Source: an uncultured bacterium
GTDB lineage: Bacteria > Patescibacteriota > Minisyncoccia > Moranbacterales > GWC2-37-73
DNA length: 64,000 bases
Assembly (NCBI GenBank): GCA_903837175.1
Contig: CAILTR010000050.1
Span: forward strand, 17,513 to 81,512
Reading direction: 5' to 3'
Position numbers and translations under genes: made by a program. The notes under the pieces were generated by a model. It saw only the letters and a program-made list of their open reading frames with translations. It had not been told where the DNA came from and did not search any database. Positions 28,889 to 39,221 of the stretch are shown in pieces (position 1 is the stretch's first letter; each line of letters starts with the position of its first letter).

Positions 28889-29821
28889 CTAGAAGCCTAG
28901 ATAGTTTACTTCCTCCACTAATTGAACGCCGAATTGATCCCGGACTTGTTGCTTTATAAAGCTTACTAGCATTATAACATTTTCTGCCGTACCACTGCCA
29001 GTGTTAATAATATAGTTAGTGTGATTTTCGCTGACTTGCGCTCCGCCCATTGTTTTTCCCTTCAGCCCAGCCTGCTCAATAATCCACCCAGCTGGCACCA
29101 CGCCATTGCGAGCAGTGACCCCTTTTTCCTGTTCAAAATCCTTTAATATTTTTTCGTCTTCAATTTTAGGATTCATAAAATATGACCCCGCACTTTTAGC
29201 TCCCTGCAAACCTTTTTTAGTGCGTCCCATCACAATTTCCATTACTTTGGCCTTACACTGCGCAACCTCAGCAGTTTCCAAGTTTAAAGTCGCTGAAACC
29301 ACAATTAACTTTTTATCTTTTTTAAAAATACTTAAGCGATAAGAAAAGTCACTACTTGCTTGCTTAAACTTTTCTATTTCCAAGGTTTCCACGTTAAGTG
29401 CGGTTACCTCTAAGATGTGACTACCGATTTCAGTGCCAAATGCTCCCGCATTACCCCTGACCGCGCCACCAAAAGTACCCGGCACACCAGCCAACGATTC
29501 AATTCCCGTAAAGCCATTTTCAGCTGAAAAATTTACAACTTTAATCAAAGGCGTTCCCGCGCTGGCTTCCACTAAGCCGTCCGCATTGACTTTAATTTCA
29601 CTAAATTTAATCCGAATAATTAATCCCGCAAAACCATTGTCACTTATTAAAAGATTTGTCCCTCCCGCCAAAACGTAATAATCAAGGTTCTTTTCCTTCG
29701 CATAACTCAACGCTTCTTTCAGCTCTTCCACAGATTTTACCTCCACATAAAATTTCGCCGGACCCCCGATGCGAAAAGAAGTCATTGGCGCCAGCGGCAC
29801 ATTTTCCTGAATATTTAGCAT
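28889..29821 (-). CDS. murB: UDP-N-acetylenolpyruvoylglucosamine reductase
   Basis: SFRIGGPA, GGTNLL, GVPGTFGGAVRGNAGA, SAGSYFMNP. Confidence 0.95.
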   Translation of the reverse strand: MLNIQENVPLAPMTSFRIGGPAKFYVEVKSVEELKEALSYAKEKNLDYYVLAGGTNLLISDNGFAGLIIRIKFSEIKVNADGLVEASAGTPLIKVVNFSAENGFTGIESLAGVPGTFGGAVRGNAGAFGTEIGSHILEVTALNVETLEIEKFKQASSDFSYRLSIFKKDKKLIVVSATLNLETAEVAQCKAKVMEIVMGRTKKGLQGAKSAGSYFMNPKIEDEKILKDFEQEKGVTARNGVVPAGWIIEQAGLKGKTMGGAQVSENHTNYIINTGSGTAENVIMLVSFIKQQVRDQFGVQLVEEVNYLGF

Positions 29822-29857
29822 AGAATATTTCTTATTATTGAATTAAAGAATTACAGA

Positions 29858-30040
29858 AATTTTGAATTTCTAATTTTGAATTTTGAATCAATTTTTAATT
29901 TTTCAATATTTCAAACATTCAATCATTAGAATTTGATTCGAAATTCAAAATTCAGAATTCGAAATTATTTGCAGTATTTGATTACTAGTTACTAACTACC
30001 GATTACTAGTTACTGATTACTAGTTACTAGTTACTAGTTA
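29858..30040. repeat. AATTTTG heptamer hairpin plus TTACTAG tandem tract
   Basis: aattttgaatttctaattttgaattttgaa...ttcaaaattcagaattcgaaatt, then (ttactag)n running into the ATPase stop. Confidence 0.7.
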
Positions 30041-32772
30041 CCGTTTACTTTTTTATTCCCTTCCGACTTTCGCGCTTCTTCAAAAATAAAGACCGCCAAC
30101 GTTGTCACCGCCACCGCCACCCAATCTTGCCAACCAATTGGTGACATGTGCAGATATTTACTAATAAATGGCACGTAAATAAAGCAAAGCAAGATTCCAA
30201 TTGAGACAACAATAGCACCCAAGGCATAAAGATTTTTAAAGAAACCAATCGCAAAAACTGAAAGTCGTTCACTTCGCGCTTGGAGCAAATTAGCCATCTG
30301 CGTCATCGAAAGCACGACGTAAGTCGCCGTAGTTGATCTCAGATATAGTACGCTTGTAGGGTCAATTTTATTGCCAAAATCCCAGCCGCCTCGCTTCATT
30401 GATAAAATAAAAGCGATAACACCGCCTACTGCCATTAGGAGTCCCACCCGAATAAGCCGAAAAATACCATCTTTGTCAATAACTTTTTCTTTTGATTTAA
30501 AAGGTTTTCGCTCCATCACATCCGGCTCTGATGGCTCTAAACTAAGCGAAAAAGAGGGGAAAATATCCGTCCCAAGGTCAATCGCTAAAATTTGAACGGC
30601 GGCAATCGGCGCTGGAATTCCAAGTAAAACCCCAATTGCCACCGTGAAAAATTCGCTGACATTTGAAGTAAAGACGTAATAAACAAATTTTCTTAAATTT
30701 TGATAAATCGTGCGACCTTCTTTAATTGCCTCGACTATCGAAGCAAAATTATCATTAAGCAAAATCATGTCTGAAGCATTCTTTGCCACATCCGTGCCAA
30801 TTTTACCCATCGCGATCCCAATATCAGCGCGCTTGAGGGCTGGCGCGTCATTAACTCCATCACCAGTCATCGCAATTACATAGCCACTTTTTTTCAGGGC
30901 CGTGGCAATTCGCAATTTTTGCTCAGGCGCAATGCGCGCAAAAATAACTTCTCTTTCTTTAATTTTTTCAATCAATTGCTTGTCAGACAAAGCATTCAGG
31001 GTCTTGCCATTAATCACTTCACTGTTTGAAGAAGTAAGCAAGCCCACATTTTTCGCAATAGCTTTGGCAGTTATCTCATAATCTCCCGTAATCATAATTA
31101 CTTTAATACTACTTTCGCCACATTGCGCAATGGCTTTGTGCACATCCAGCCTTGGCGGGTCTATCATCCCCATGGTGCCGACCCAAACTAAATCCCTTTC
31201 GGCCTCATTAGCATATTGTTCCTTAGGAACTTTTGATAGATCGCGTAGCGCAAAAGCCAGCACCCGCAAAGCTTGCGCTGACATGGCGTTAAAACTGCTT
31301 CGAGCTCTTTGTTTATCTTCCTGCGTGAATGGCAAAAGTTTTTCGCCAATTTGTTTTTGGGTACATAAATCAATCAACACATCTGGCGAACCTTTCACAA
31401 AAGAAGTCACGCTTGAATTTTCCTTATTCTGATAAATCACACTCATTCTCATTCTTTCTGAAGAAAAAGGGTTTTCATCAATTTTTTCTTGATCAGCATG
31501 AAAAAAAGCCAAATTCTTTTCAAACTTTTTCGCCACCACCAACAGCGCACCTTCTGTTGGGTCGCCTGAGATAGTGCACAGCTCCTCTTTTTCACTAACA
31601 TCAGCATCATTACAAAGAACGCCAATTTGTAGAAGTTTTTTTAATTGTATATTTAAAGTTGGCTCAATTTTCCGCCCGAAAGAAAAAAAGTTACCCTTAG
31701 CTGAATAGCCCTCCCCATCAACCGTCAGCTCCTCTTCGCCACACAAAATGTTTGTCACCATCAGCTCATTACGAGTAATCGTACCGGTTTTATCCGTACA
31801 AATGATATCCACTGAAGCTAGCGTCTCGACAGAATTTAATTTTTTAGCCAAGACGTTTTTCTTCAGCAACCGCTTCATCCCCAAGGAAAGCGCCACTGAA
31901 ATTGCCGCTGGCAGTCCCTCTGGCACGACGGAAACTGAAAGGGCCAAGGCAAACAAAAAGTTATCGTACAAAGAAGTCTTTGAATAAAAACCAGCAATTA
32001 AAACTAAGGCGCCAATTGTCAGCGCTGCGATGGTTACGTCTTTACCAAGAATCCGCATCTGTTTTTGCAAGGGCGTGTCTTCCTCTTTAACCTCAGCTAC
32101 TAAATTAGCGATATTTCCTAGTTGCGTTTGCATCCCGGTCTGCGTTACAACCGCCACCGCAGTTCCTCGCGTGAGCGAGGTACCCATAAAAACCATATTA
32201 TCAATATCTACCAAAGACAGTCCCTCTTGCGCAATTGGGCCTACCATTTTTCTCCCCGGGCGCGATTCACCGGTAAAAATAAATTCATTCGCATAAACAT
32301 CGTAGCCTTCGAGAAGGTAAGCGTCTCCAGCAACCGTATCGCCAGCTGCAATAAAAATAATATCGCCGACCGCTAAAAACTTAGCGTCAATTTCTTGGCG
32401 CTGCCCATCACGCAAAACTATTGCTTTGTCGCTGGCTAGCTGACGAATATTTTCCAAGGTTTTTTCCGCTTTATACTCTTGAAAAAATCCAATTAGGGCG
32501 TTAATCCCAACAATCAACAGAATAATTGTCGTATCGCGATATTCCCCAAAAAGAAACGCCAGGCCCCCCGCCACCAATAAAATCCAAACTAAGGCGTCAT
32601 TAAACTGGCCAATTAAAATCGAAAACCAACTCCAATTTTGTTTTTTTTCGACCTCATTAAATCCAGCCTGCTTGAGCCGCTCCTCGGCCTCTTGCGTTGT
32701 CAAACCCTTGATGGTCGAATTAGTTTTTTTAAAAACTTCCTCTTTCGTTAGGCTATATGTTTGTTTTTGCAT
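30034..32772 (-). CDS. P-type cation ATPase (type II, Ca2+-ATPase-like)
   Basis: TGES, PEGL, DKTGT, KGSPD, MITGD, GDGVNDAP. Confidence 0.93.
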   Translation of the reverse strand: MQKQTYSLTKEEVFKKTNSTIKGLTTQEAEERLKQAGFNEVEKKQNWSWFSILIGQFNDALVWILLVAGGLAFLFGEYRDTTIILLIVGINALIGFFQEYKAEKTLENIRQLASDKAIVLRDGQRQEIDAKFLAVGDIIFIAAGDTVAGDAYLLEGYDVYANEFIFTGESRPGRKMVGPIAQEGLSLVDIDNMVFMGTSLTRGTAVAVVTQTGMQTQLGNIANLVAEVKEEDTPLQKQMRILGKDVTIAALTIGALVLIAGFYSKTSLYDNFLFALALSVSVVPEGLPAAISVALSLGMKRLLKKNVLAKKLNSVETLASVDIICTDKTGTITRNELMVTNILCGEEELTVDGEGYSAKGNFFSFGRKIEPTLNIQLKKLLQIGVLCNDADVSEKEELCTISGDPTEGALLVVAKKFEKNLAFFHADQEKIDENPFSSERMRMSVIYQNKENSSVTSFVKGSPDVLIDLCTQKQIGEKLLPFTQEDKQRARSSFNAMSAQALRVLAFALRDLSKVPKEQYANEAERDLVWVGTMGMIDPPRLDVHKAIAQCGESSIKVIMITGDYEITAKAIAKNVGLLTSSNSEVINGKTLNALSDKQLIEKIKEREVIFARIAPEQKLRIATALKKSGYVIAMTGDGVNDAPALKRADIGIAMGKIGTDVAKNASDMILLNDNFASIVEAIKEGRTIYQNLRKFVYYVFTSNVSEFFTVAIGVLLGIPAPIAAVQILAIDLGTDIFPSFSLSLEPSEPDVMERKPFKSKEKVIDKDGIFRLIRVGLLMAVGGVIAFILSMKRGGWDFGNKIDPTSVLYLRSTTATYVVLSMTQMANLLQARSERLSVFAIGFFKNLYALGAIVVSIGILLCFIYVPFISKYLHMSPIGWQDWVAVAVTTLAVFIFEEARKSEGNKKVNGN

Positions 32773-32792
32773 TTTTAATTTATATCATTATA

Positions 32793-34634
32793 TTAATATA
32801 CCATATTTATATATCCCATAATCTGTCCACGCTCTTTGCTTTTTTCTCCTTCTTGATTTTCTGCAAATGTTTTTTCCAAATAGTTTTCAATGACCGCCAC
32901 ACATTCAGTTTTTGTTTTGCCGATACTTTTCAAAAATTGAAATTGCTTTTCAAAAGCTTTCTGTTCCATTTCAGAATTTGCATATTCCCCAGTCTGATAA
33001 TATTTTTCCATATATTCATCAAGATTCTCACCCAATCCATTATAAAAATCAATATGCCCAATTTCATGGATAAGCCATGAAATATCTCCGTCAGTAATAT
33101 CCTGACGATCAAAAATTTCTTTTTTCAAAATTATTGTTTTTGGGTTGTGTGACGATTTTGAATCATTTGAACCATACACACTTTTCCATTTTTCTTCGTC
33201 ATCAATAACCACGATTTCCAAGCCTGCAAATTTGCTGGCAAAATCAAAATCTTTAATCCTGTCCCAACACTGCAATTGTGACATATTTTTAAATTCTATG
33301 TTTTTGAAATTCTCTTTTTCAAACTCTTCTCGCATTTCCATCCTGTCAGAAAAATTTCTCAACTTACCAATAAATCCCTGAAGAGCCTCGTGGTCATCGC
33401 CCCACTTATTTTCCGCATCATTTTGCCAACCACCATAGTCGAGCAACTTAATATCCAAATTATTAGCATCATCAAAACCCACTAGCACATTTTCGCCTAA
33501 AATATCAAGCACGAACTGATGCCTGGCGTATAAATTCTCAATCCCAGACAAAAATCTTTCGAATTTTTCCCTGTTTTCTTTTTTTTCAAAAATTTTACTG
33601 AATTCCTCATTTTCAATAAGTTCGTCAACCGTTCCATTTTTCAATAATTTTGATTTGTCAAAATCCTGCTTTTCCTGCAAAACGTAAACTTTTCCATCAG
33701 CTTGAGATTTCAAAACAGCCTGTCTTGGTAAAAATTCCTCGCCAAAAGCTTCTTTGAAAATTGAGTAACTAAAAAAAGATTGCTCTTGTTTTTTTTCATC
33801 AACTTCATCATCCATTTTCCGCATAGTTTTTAAAACGTATGAACTTTTTTCAGACACTAGCACATTTGAAAAATTTCCTTGCACTATCCTACTTTCCTGA
33901 TCAGTCAGCATATCTCTGATAATGTTCTTTATCTTCTCAACTCCCAAACCGACAAGTTCCAGATCACTGAGATCTTCAAGATCAACAGACTGACCAAGAA
34001 CATTCTTCTCTTCAGCTTTTCCGAAATCAACAGTTGAGTCAGTCAACATTTCCGCATACTGCGAATTTGCCAGTTCCATTCGAAGTAATTTTCCAAACGT
34101 AGTTTTTAAATCCTTGCCTCCTTTTTCCCATAAAATATCCCAACTTTCTTCATTAATCTCAATTTTCTGACGATTTGCATGACGATCTAAATCTAAAATA
34201 TCAGAAGAAGTTATTATTTTTTTTAATTCAGCAATATTAACCTCTAATTGCAGTTCTCTAATTTTTTCCAAAAAATCATCGACAAGTATATCTTTTTTAA
34301 GTTGCGCTCTTTCGGCTCTTAGCTCATCAAATCTCTTACGCTCACTTGCTGTACGTGCCGCTAGCTCTTCATAAATTAGATTTCTAGTGCTTTCAGTAAT
34401 CTTAATTCCAATTCTATCCATTGCCGCCAATTCTTCACTAAGCGCCGACTCTTGCCTATTAGCAATTTCTTTTAAAGTTGGATCGCCACTAACATTAAAG
34501 GTAGCTAATTGATTTTCGAGCTCCCTTAATCTATCCGCTCTTTTTTCCGCCAGACTTTTTTCAGGTGCAATAGCACCTTGAGATTTATCCGGACTATTTT
34601 CCAAGTTATTCTTTTCTAGTTGTTCTTGGCTCAT
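32793..34634 (-). CDS. acidic multidomain protein: coiled coil, kinase-like region, HExxH C-terminus
   Basis: GNFSNV..YVLK, DILGENVL..KLLDYG, WLIHEIGH...E. Confidence 0.55.
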   Translation of the reverse strand: MSQEQLEKNNLENSPDKSQGAIAPEKSLAEKRADRLRELENQLATFNVSGDPTLKEIANRQESALSEELAAMDRIGIKITESTRNLIYEELAARTASERKRFDELRAERAQLKKDILVDDFLEKIRELQLEVNIAELKKIITSSDILDLDRHANRQKIEINEESWDILWEKGGKDLKTTFGKLLRMELANSQYAEMLTDSTVDFGKAEEKNVLGQSVDLEDLSDLELVGLGVEKIKNIIRDMLTDQESRIVQGNFSNVLVSEKSSYVLKTMRKMDDEVDEKKQEQSFFSYSIFKEAFGEEFLPRQAVLKSQADGKVYVLQEKQDFDKSKLLKNGTVDELIENEEFSKIFEKKENREKFERFLSGIENLYARHQFVLDILGENVLVGFDDANNLDIKLLDYGGWQNDAENKWGDDHEALQGFIGKLRNFSDRMEMREEFEKENFKNIEFKNMSQLQCWDRIKDFDFASKFAGLEIVVIDDEEKWKSVYGSNDSKSSHNPKTIILKKEIFDRQDITDGDISWLIHEIGHIDFYNGLGENLDEYMEKYYQTGEYANSEMEQKAFEKQFQFLKSIGKTKTECVAVIENYLEKTFAENQEGEKSKERGQIMGYINMVY

Positions 34635-34725
34635 TTTATTTTTTTAATAGTTGAATGCGGAACTTTATTTCGAGGCTTTTAGTGAGCAAATCCACCTTTG
34701 TCTATAGTCCACTCCAAATAAAGCT

Positions 34726-36264
34726 TTACCGTTCAAACCTATATATTAATATATTGGCGTATTGGTCAACTAGCACCAAGCCTTGGGTAGAAAAATATTG
34801 GTTATCTCGATTGAGGGCCTTATTGGAAATAATGAGCGCCTTAGGATCATTTTTAAGATCCTCATAATTTTCCGTGCGTTCCAGGCCCTGACCAATAGCA
34901 GCCCAATACGCTGGACTGTATCCAGGCCAATCGTAATTAAATAAAGTTAGGCGATCGGCCCCGAAATAATATTTCGTAATCACGTAATCAAAAGCGTTAA
35001 GAATATAAAAATGATTGTTTTTATATTTATCTAAATGCAAAACCATCTCGTTATACCCCTGCGAATTCTTCAGCGGAATTATCAAAGAAGACAGGCCGAG
35101 ATAAATTACGAAAACGATAGCCACTACAAAACCACGCAAGCGCGAAAGCCAAAGTCCAATGAAAATAAAAATGAAATACGCTGCGGGTAGCAAGTAACGC
35201 GCCACAAAATATTGCTGATCAGGTAGGGTGGCCGAAAGCACATAAATAATAAACATAAAACCCGTCGAAAAGATTAGAAGGCTAATTACCTTTTCTTTTT
35301 TTTCTTTACGCAGCAGATAGACAATCCCAATTCCAAAAAGCATCGCGATTGCCATGCGAATAGAGAGATGGGAAATTCCTCGCAGTTCGTTTGGTTGTGG
35401 CATGCCCGACGACATTTCACCCAGGGGAGTTCCAAACAAAAACATCTGAAGATTTACCACGATATCTCCGAAATTTGCAGTTTTAACCCAACTCAAATTA
35501 CTCCCCTTCATTGAAACATGATAGATAAACATCTTCAGCCATGGCAAAAAAACTAAAAAAGCCACCCCATATCCCAGTAAAATTTCTTTGGTCGGCAAAA
35601 CTTTTTTCAGCAACAGTTTTATTTTTCCCAAAACTCCGCCACCTTGCGACCAATCAATTTCGCTTACTCGCCAAGTCACAAAAACCAATGCATAAACCGC
35701 TGAAAAAATGATCCCCATATAATGCGTAAGCATTGAAAGCCCCGTAAAAAGTCCCCAGAGCAAAAAATATTTTTTCACGCCTGCTTGCAAACCTTTCACG
35801 AAAAAATAAGCACCAATCAAAATAAAGAACACCAGCATCATATACATCCTAGCTTCTTGGGAATATTGAATGGCAAAAGGCGAAATTGTCGCCACCAGCG
35901 ATGCATAAAGAGCAACTTTTTTACTAAACAATTCTTTAGCCAGCAAATACAGCGCCCAGATTGCCAGCACCCCAAAGATTGCTGAAAAAAGTCGGATCCC
36001 AAAAACGCTATAGTCAAAGAAAAATGCAAAACCCTTCAGCGCCATATAATATAGTGGCGGATGCACATCATTAATCGTCATCATAATCATATCCCAAAAT
36101 TTTTCCTTCACCGCTACCCCCGTAAAAGCCTCATCATACCAAAAGTCTCTTCGCACCAAGCCCGTAAAACGATTTGCCACAGCTAAAGCCAAAATCAACC
36201 AGATGTAATGGCGATGATATTGAGTGTGTAGTTTTATTAATTCTTCCTTAAATTGCTTAAACAT
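34726..36264 (-). CDS. PMT/ArnT-like (GT39/83) membrane glycosyltransferase
   Basis: FWYDEA, DVHPPLYY, YSQEARMY, many TM segments. Confidence 0.85.
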   Translation of the reverse strand: MFKQFKEELIKLHTQYHRHYIWLILALAVANRFTGLVRRDFWYDEAFTGVAVKEKFWDMIMMTINDVHPPLYYMALKGFAFFFDYSVFGIRLFSAIFGVLAIWALYLLAKELFSKKVALYASLVATISPFAIQYSQEARMYMMLVFFILIGAYFFVKGLQAGVKKYFLLWGLFTGLSMLTHYMGIIFSAVYALVFVTWRVSEIDWSQGGGVLGKIKLLLKKVLPTKEILLGYGVAFLVFLPWLKMFIYHVSMKGSNLSWVKTANFGDIVVNLQMFLFGTPLGEMSSGMPQPNELRGISHLSIRMAIAMLFGIGIVYLLRKEKKEKVISLLIFSTGFMFIIYVLSATLPDQQYFVARYLLPAAYFIFIFIGLWLSRLRGFVVAIVFVIYLGLSSLIIPLKNSQGYNEMVLHLDKYKNNHFYILNAFDYVITKYYFGADRLTLFNYDWPGYSPAYWAAIGQGLERTENYEDLKNDPKALIISNKALNRDNQYFSTQGLVLVDQYANILIYRFER

Positions 36265-36278
36265 AGCAATATAACAAT

Positions 36279-37718
36279 TTAACAATTTAACAATTTTTGA
36301 GCCACCCTCCAGACATCCCCCGCGCCCATCGTGATTAACACGTCAAATTCGCCATTGTGTTGCTTAAAATATGTAACCGCCTGCTCAATCGTTGGAATAT
36401 ATTCCGCTTTGCCAAATTGATATTTATTAATTAAATCAACTAATTCCTTTGAAGAAACTCCACCCTGCGCTTCGCGCGCGCTACCATAAATATCCAACAC
36501 AACCACCCTATCCGTATCATCAAAACTTTGGGCAAAATCTTGTAGTAAGGCCTTAGTACGAGTAAAAGTATGTGGATGAAAAACTGTCCAAACTTTTTTA
36601 TCGCCATAGCGAGCTCGGGCACCACTAAGTGTCGCTTTAATCTCATCCGGATGATGCGCATAATCGTCAATCAAGATCGCTTCTTTAAATTTTCCAACTT
36701 GTTCAAAACGTCTCGCAGCTCCTTTAAACTCGCGCAAAGCCATTTTAATTTTTTCTAAATCAAGCCCCATGCTATGGCAAATGGCAATCACTGCTGTACA
36801 ATTAAGCACATTATGCTTACCCGCCAGCGGTGTTTGAAAAACTCCCAAGCTTTTCTCTTTGCAAAAGATTTCAAAAAATTGTAAATTTGTCTGTTGCTTG
36901 TTGTCTATTGTATTTTGTATATTACTGTCTTTTGTATTTTGCTCCATGTTCCATGTTCCATGTTCTATGCCTACCCGATAGTCATTATCTTTTCCGAACC
37001 CATAACTCAAAACCTGACAAGTGGCCGATTTAGTTACTGCCAAAGTATCCACGCTATCACCCCAAACCACCAGAAATCCAACTTTAGGAATTTTAGCTAC
37101 AAAGTCCTTAAACACTTTTTTATAAGCGTCAAAATCAGGGAAAAAATCTGGATGATCCCAATCCACACTCGTTAAAATAGCCGACCACGGCTGATAAAAT
37201 TTTAATTTATTTTGATACTCATCCGATTCGGCTACGAAATAGTCTCCTTGGCCAGCAAGCGCGCTGCTATTCCAATCCAGGACGCAACTACCCACAATGG
37301 CCGATGGCTCAACCCCCGCTACCAATAAAGCTTGCGCCAAAATGGCTGAGGTTGTCGTTTTCCCGTGCGTCCCACAAACTGCAATCCCAAGTTTTTCAGC
37401 AAATAGCATTCCCAATAACTCTGGATAACTGATTAGTGGTAGCTTTTTTTCTTGGGCGGTTTTTAATTCAAGATTATTTTCTAGGCTGTACGCTGTCGAA
37501 AAAATTACCGCATCAAATTCATCTTTGATATGATCAGCCTCAAAAGTTTCAAAAAAAGCAATGCCAACTTTTTTTAAAATCGCATCCGTATAAAAAACTT
37601 CCTTCGTATCTGAGCCAGAAACTAAAATCCCGCGCGCATTCAGAATCTCCGCCACCGCCGTCATTCCCGCGCCCTTAATCCCAATTAAATATACTTTTTT
37701 GAAATCTTTAATATTCAT
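36279..37718 (-). CDS. murC: UDP-N-acetylmuramate--L-alanine ligase, with in-frame repeat insertion
   Basis: GIKGAGM, GTHGKTTT, ESDEY, DHPD, DDYAHHP. Confidence 0.93.
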   Translation of the reverse strand: MNIKDFKKVYLIGIKGAGMTAVAEILNARGILVSGSDTKEVFYTDAILKKVGIAFFETFEADHIKDEFDAVIFSTAYSLENNLELKTAQEKKLPLISYPELLGMLFAEKLGIAVCGTHGKTTTSAILAQALLVAGVEPSAIVGSCVLDWNSSALAGQGDYFVAESDEYQNKLKFYQPWSAILTSVDWDHPDFFPDFDAYKKVFKDFVAKIPKVGFLVVWGDSVDTLAVTKSATCQVLSYGFGKDNDYRVGIEHGTWNMEQNTKDSNIQNTIDNKQQTNLQFFEIFCKEKSLGVFQTPLAGKHNVLNCTAVIAICHSMGLDLEKIKMALREFKGAARRFEQVGKFKEAILIDDYAHHPDEIKATLSGARARYGDKKVWTVFHPHTFTRTKALLQDFAQSFDDTDRVVVLDIYGSAREAQGGVSSKELVDLINKYQFGKAEYIPTIEQAVTYFKQHNGEFDVLITMGAGDVWRVAQKLLNC

Positions 37719-37764
37719 ACACCTACGAAATTACAAAATTATTACAAAAATACAAACGGATTTA

Positions 37765-37890
37765 CTTCCTCCTTTAGTAAAGGAGGATTGAGGAGGATTT
37801 GAAAAACTATCTTTGCAAATAAAATCTCTCAAATTCCTCCCGTGAATACTACTCTCGCTCGCATTCACCACTTTTCTAAAGGGAGAAGTT
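37765..37890. repeat. CCTCCTTT..AAAGGAGG-type structured intergenic element
   Basis: CCTCCTTT/AAAGGAGG stem and GAGGATTTGA...TCAAATTCCTC inverted pair. Confidence 0.5.
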
Positions 37891-37997
37891 CTCATTTTTT
37901 GTCAATTTAACATCTCCAACTTGTTTATCCGCCTTTAAATGAAATTGTGTTGCTCCTTTTAGAAAACCTAAAAAGCTAAAGCCTAATAAGCTAATTT

Positions 37998-39107
37998 CTA
38001 TCTCCTTGCAAGTTCAATCACCCCGTTAGCCAGCGTATCAGCGGCGTTGGGATGATAAAAAGTTTTAATGCGCTCAGTCATTTGCTTGCTGAGATTTTCA
38101 TCCGAGAAAATATTTTCAATTTTTTCCAAAAGCAAATGTTGGCCGAGATTAGATTCGTCTAAAACAAGGGCTGCTCCAATCTTAGCTAATTCATAAGCAT
38201 TCATGCGCTGATGATCATTAGCGCTGCTTTCCAAAGGAATTAAAATTGCTGGCTTTCCGTTGGCTGCTATCTCAGCGATGAAGGTTGCACCCGCTCTACT
38301 AACAACCAGTCCACAAAGGGCAAAAGCATCTCGCAGTTGATTAGCATTCATAAAAGGAACTGCCCAATAACCTTCCCGTCCAGATTTAATTCCCTGCCTA
38401 GCTGCAAAAGCAACCGTTTCATCAAAATTACCCGCACCAGTTTGATGGATAACTTGAAAATTATGTAAAAGCTGTGGCAAAATTCTAACAATTGCTTCAT
38501 TAATTATTTGCGAACCCTGGCTGCCACCTAAAATGAGTAGGGTTTTCTTTGCAGAAGTAAAGCCCAATTGAGTGCGCAGCATTATAGGGTCACCTTCCGT
38601 AACTTCAAATCTGACTGGATTACCCGTAAAAGCCACTTTATCTTTTGCAAAATACTCTTCAGCGGAAGGATATGCTACCGCTACCCGATTAGCCAATTTA
38701 GCCAAGAATTGATTTGCAGTCCCTGGAATTGAATCAGATTCATGAATTAAAATCGGAATTCGATAAACCCAAGCTGCCAACACAACTGGCACGGCTACAT
38801 AGCCACCTTTAGAAAAAATTGCATCTGGCATAAACCTCAAGAGAATCCAGAGCGACTGTAAAAAACCAACGGGGATTTTAAAAATATCCGTAAAATTTTC
38901 AAAAGAAAAATATCTGCGCATTTTTCCACTTAAAACAAACATTGAAGGAATCCCCGCTTCAGCCATAGCCTTTTTCTCCATTTCCTGGCCACTACCAATA
39001 TATAAAAATTCAGCTTCTGGTCCAAGCTTTTCTCTAATTCTACTTGCTACAGCAATCAAGGGAAAAAGATGCCCACCAGTTCCCCCACCCGTTAAGACGA
39101 TACGCAT
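37998..39107 (-). CDS. murG: MurG glycosyltransferase
   Basis: GGGTGGHLFP, KGGYV, GNPVR, GGSQGS, SRAGA, HQRMNA. Confidence 0.96.
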   Translation of the reverse strand: MRIVLTGGGTGGHLFPLIAVASRIREKLGPEAEFLYIGSGQEMEKKAMAEAGIPSMFVLSGKMRRYFSFENFTDIFKIPVGFLQSLWILLRFMPDAIFSKGGYVAVPVVLAAWVYRIPILIHESDSIPGTANQFLAKLANRVAVAYPSAEEYFAKDKVAFTGNPVRFEVTEGDPIMLRTQLGFTSAKKTLLILGGSQGSQIINEAIVRILPQLLHNFQVIHQTGAGNFDETVAFAARQGIKSGREGYWAVPFMNANQLRDAFALCGLVVSRAGATFIAEIAANGKPAILIPLESSANDHQRMNAYELAKIGAALVLDESNLGQHLLLEKIENIFSDENLSKQMTERIKTFYHPNAADTLANGVIELARR

Positions 39108-39221
39108 ATTTAATAAATTTATAATTGTTTATTAACGCATTAACGAATTAACGCATTATTGAAAAATCCTCTTTCTATAAATACATTCTAACAAAAACCC
39201 CCCTAAAAATCCAGCCTTCTC

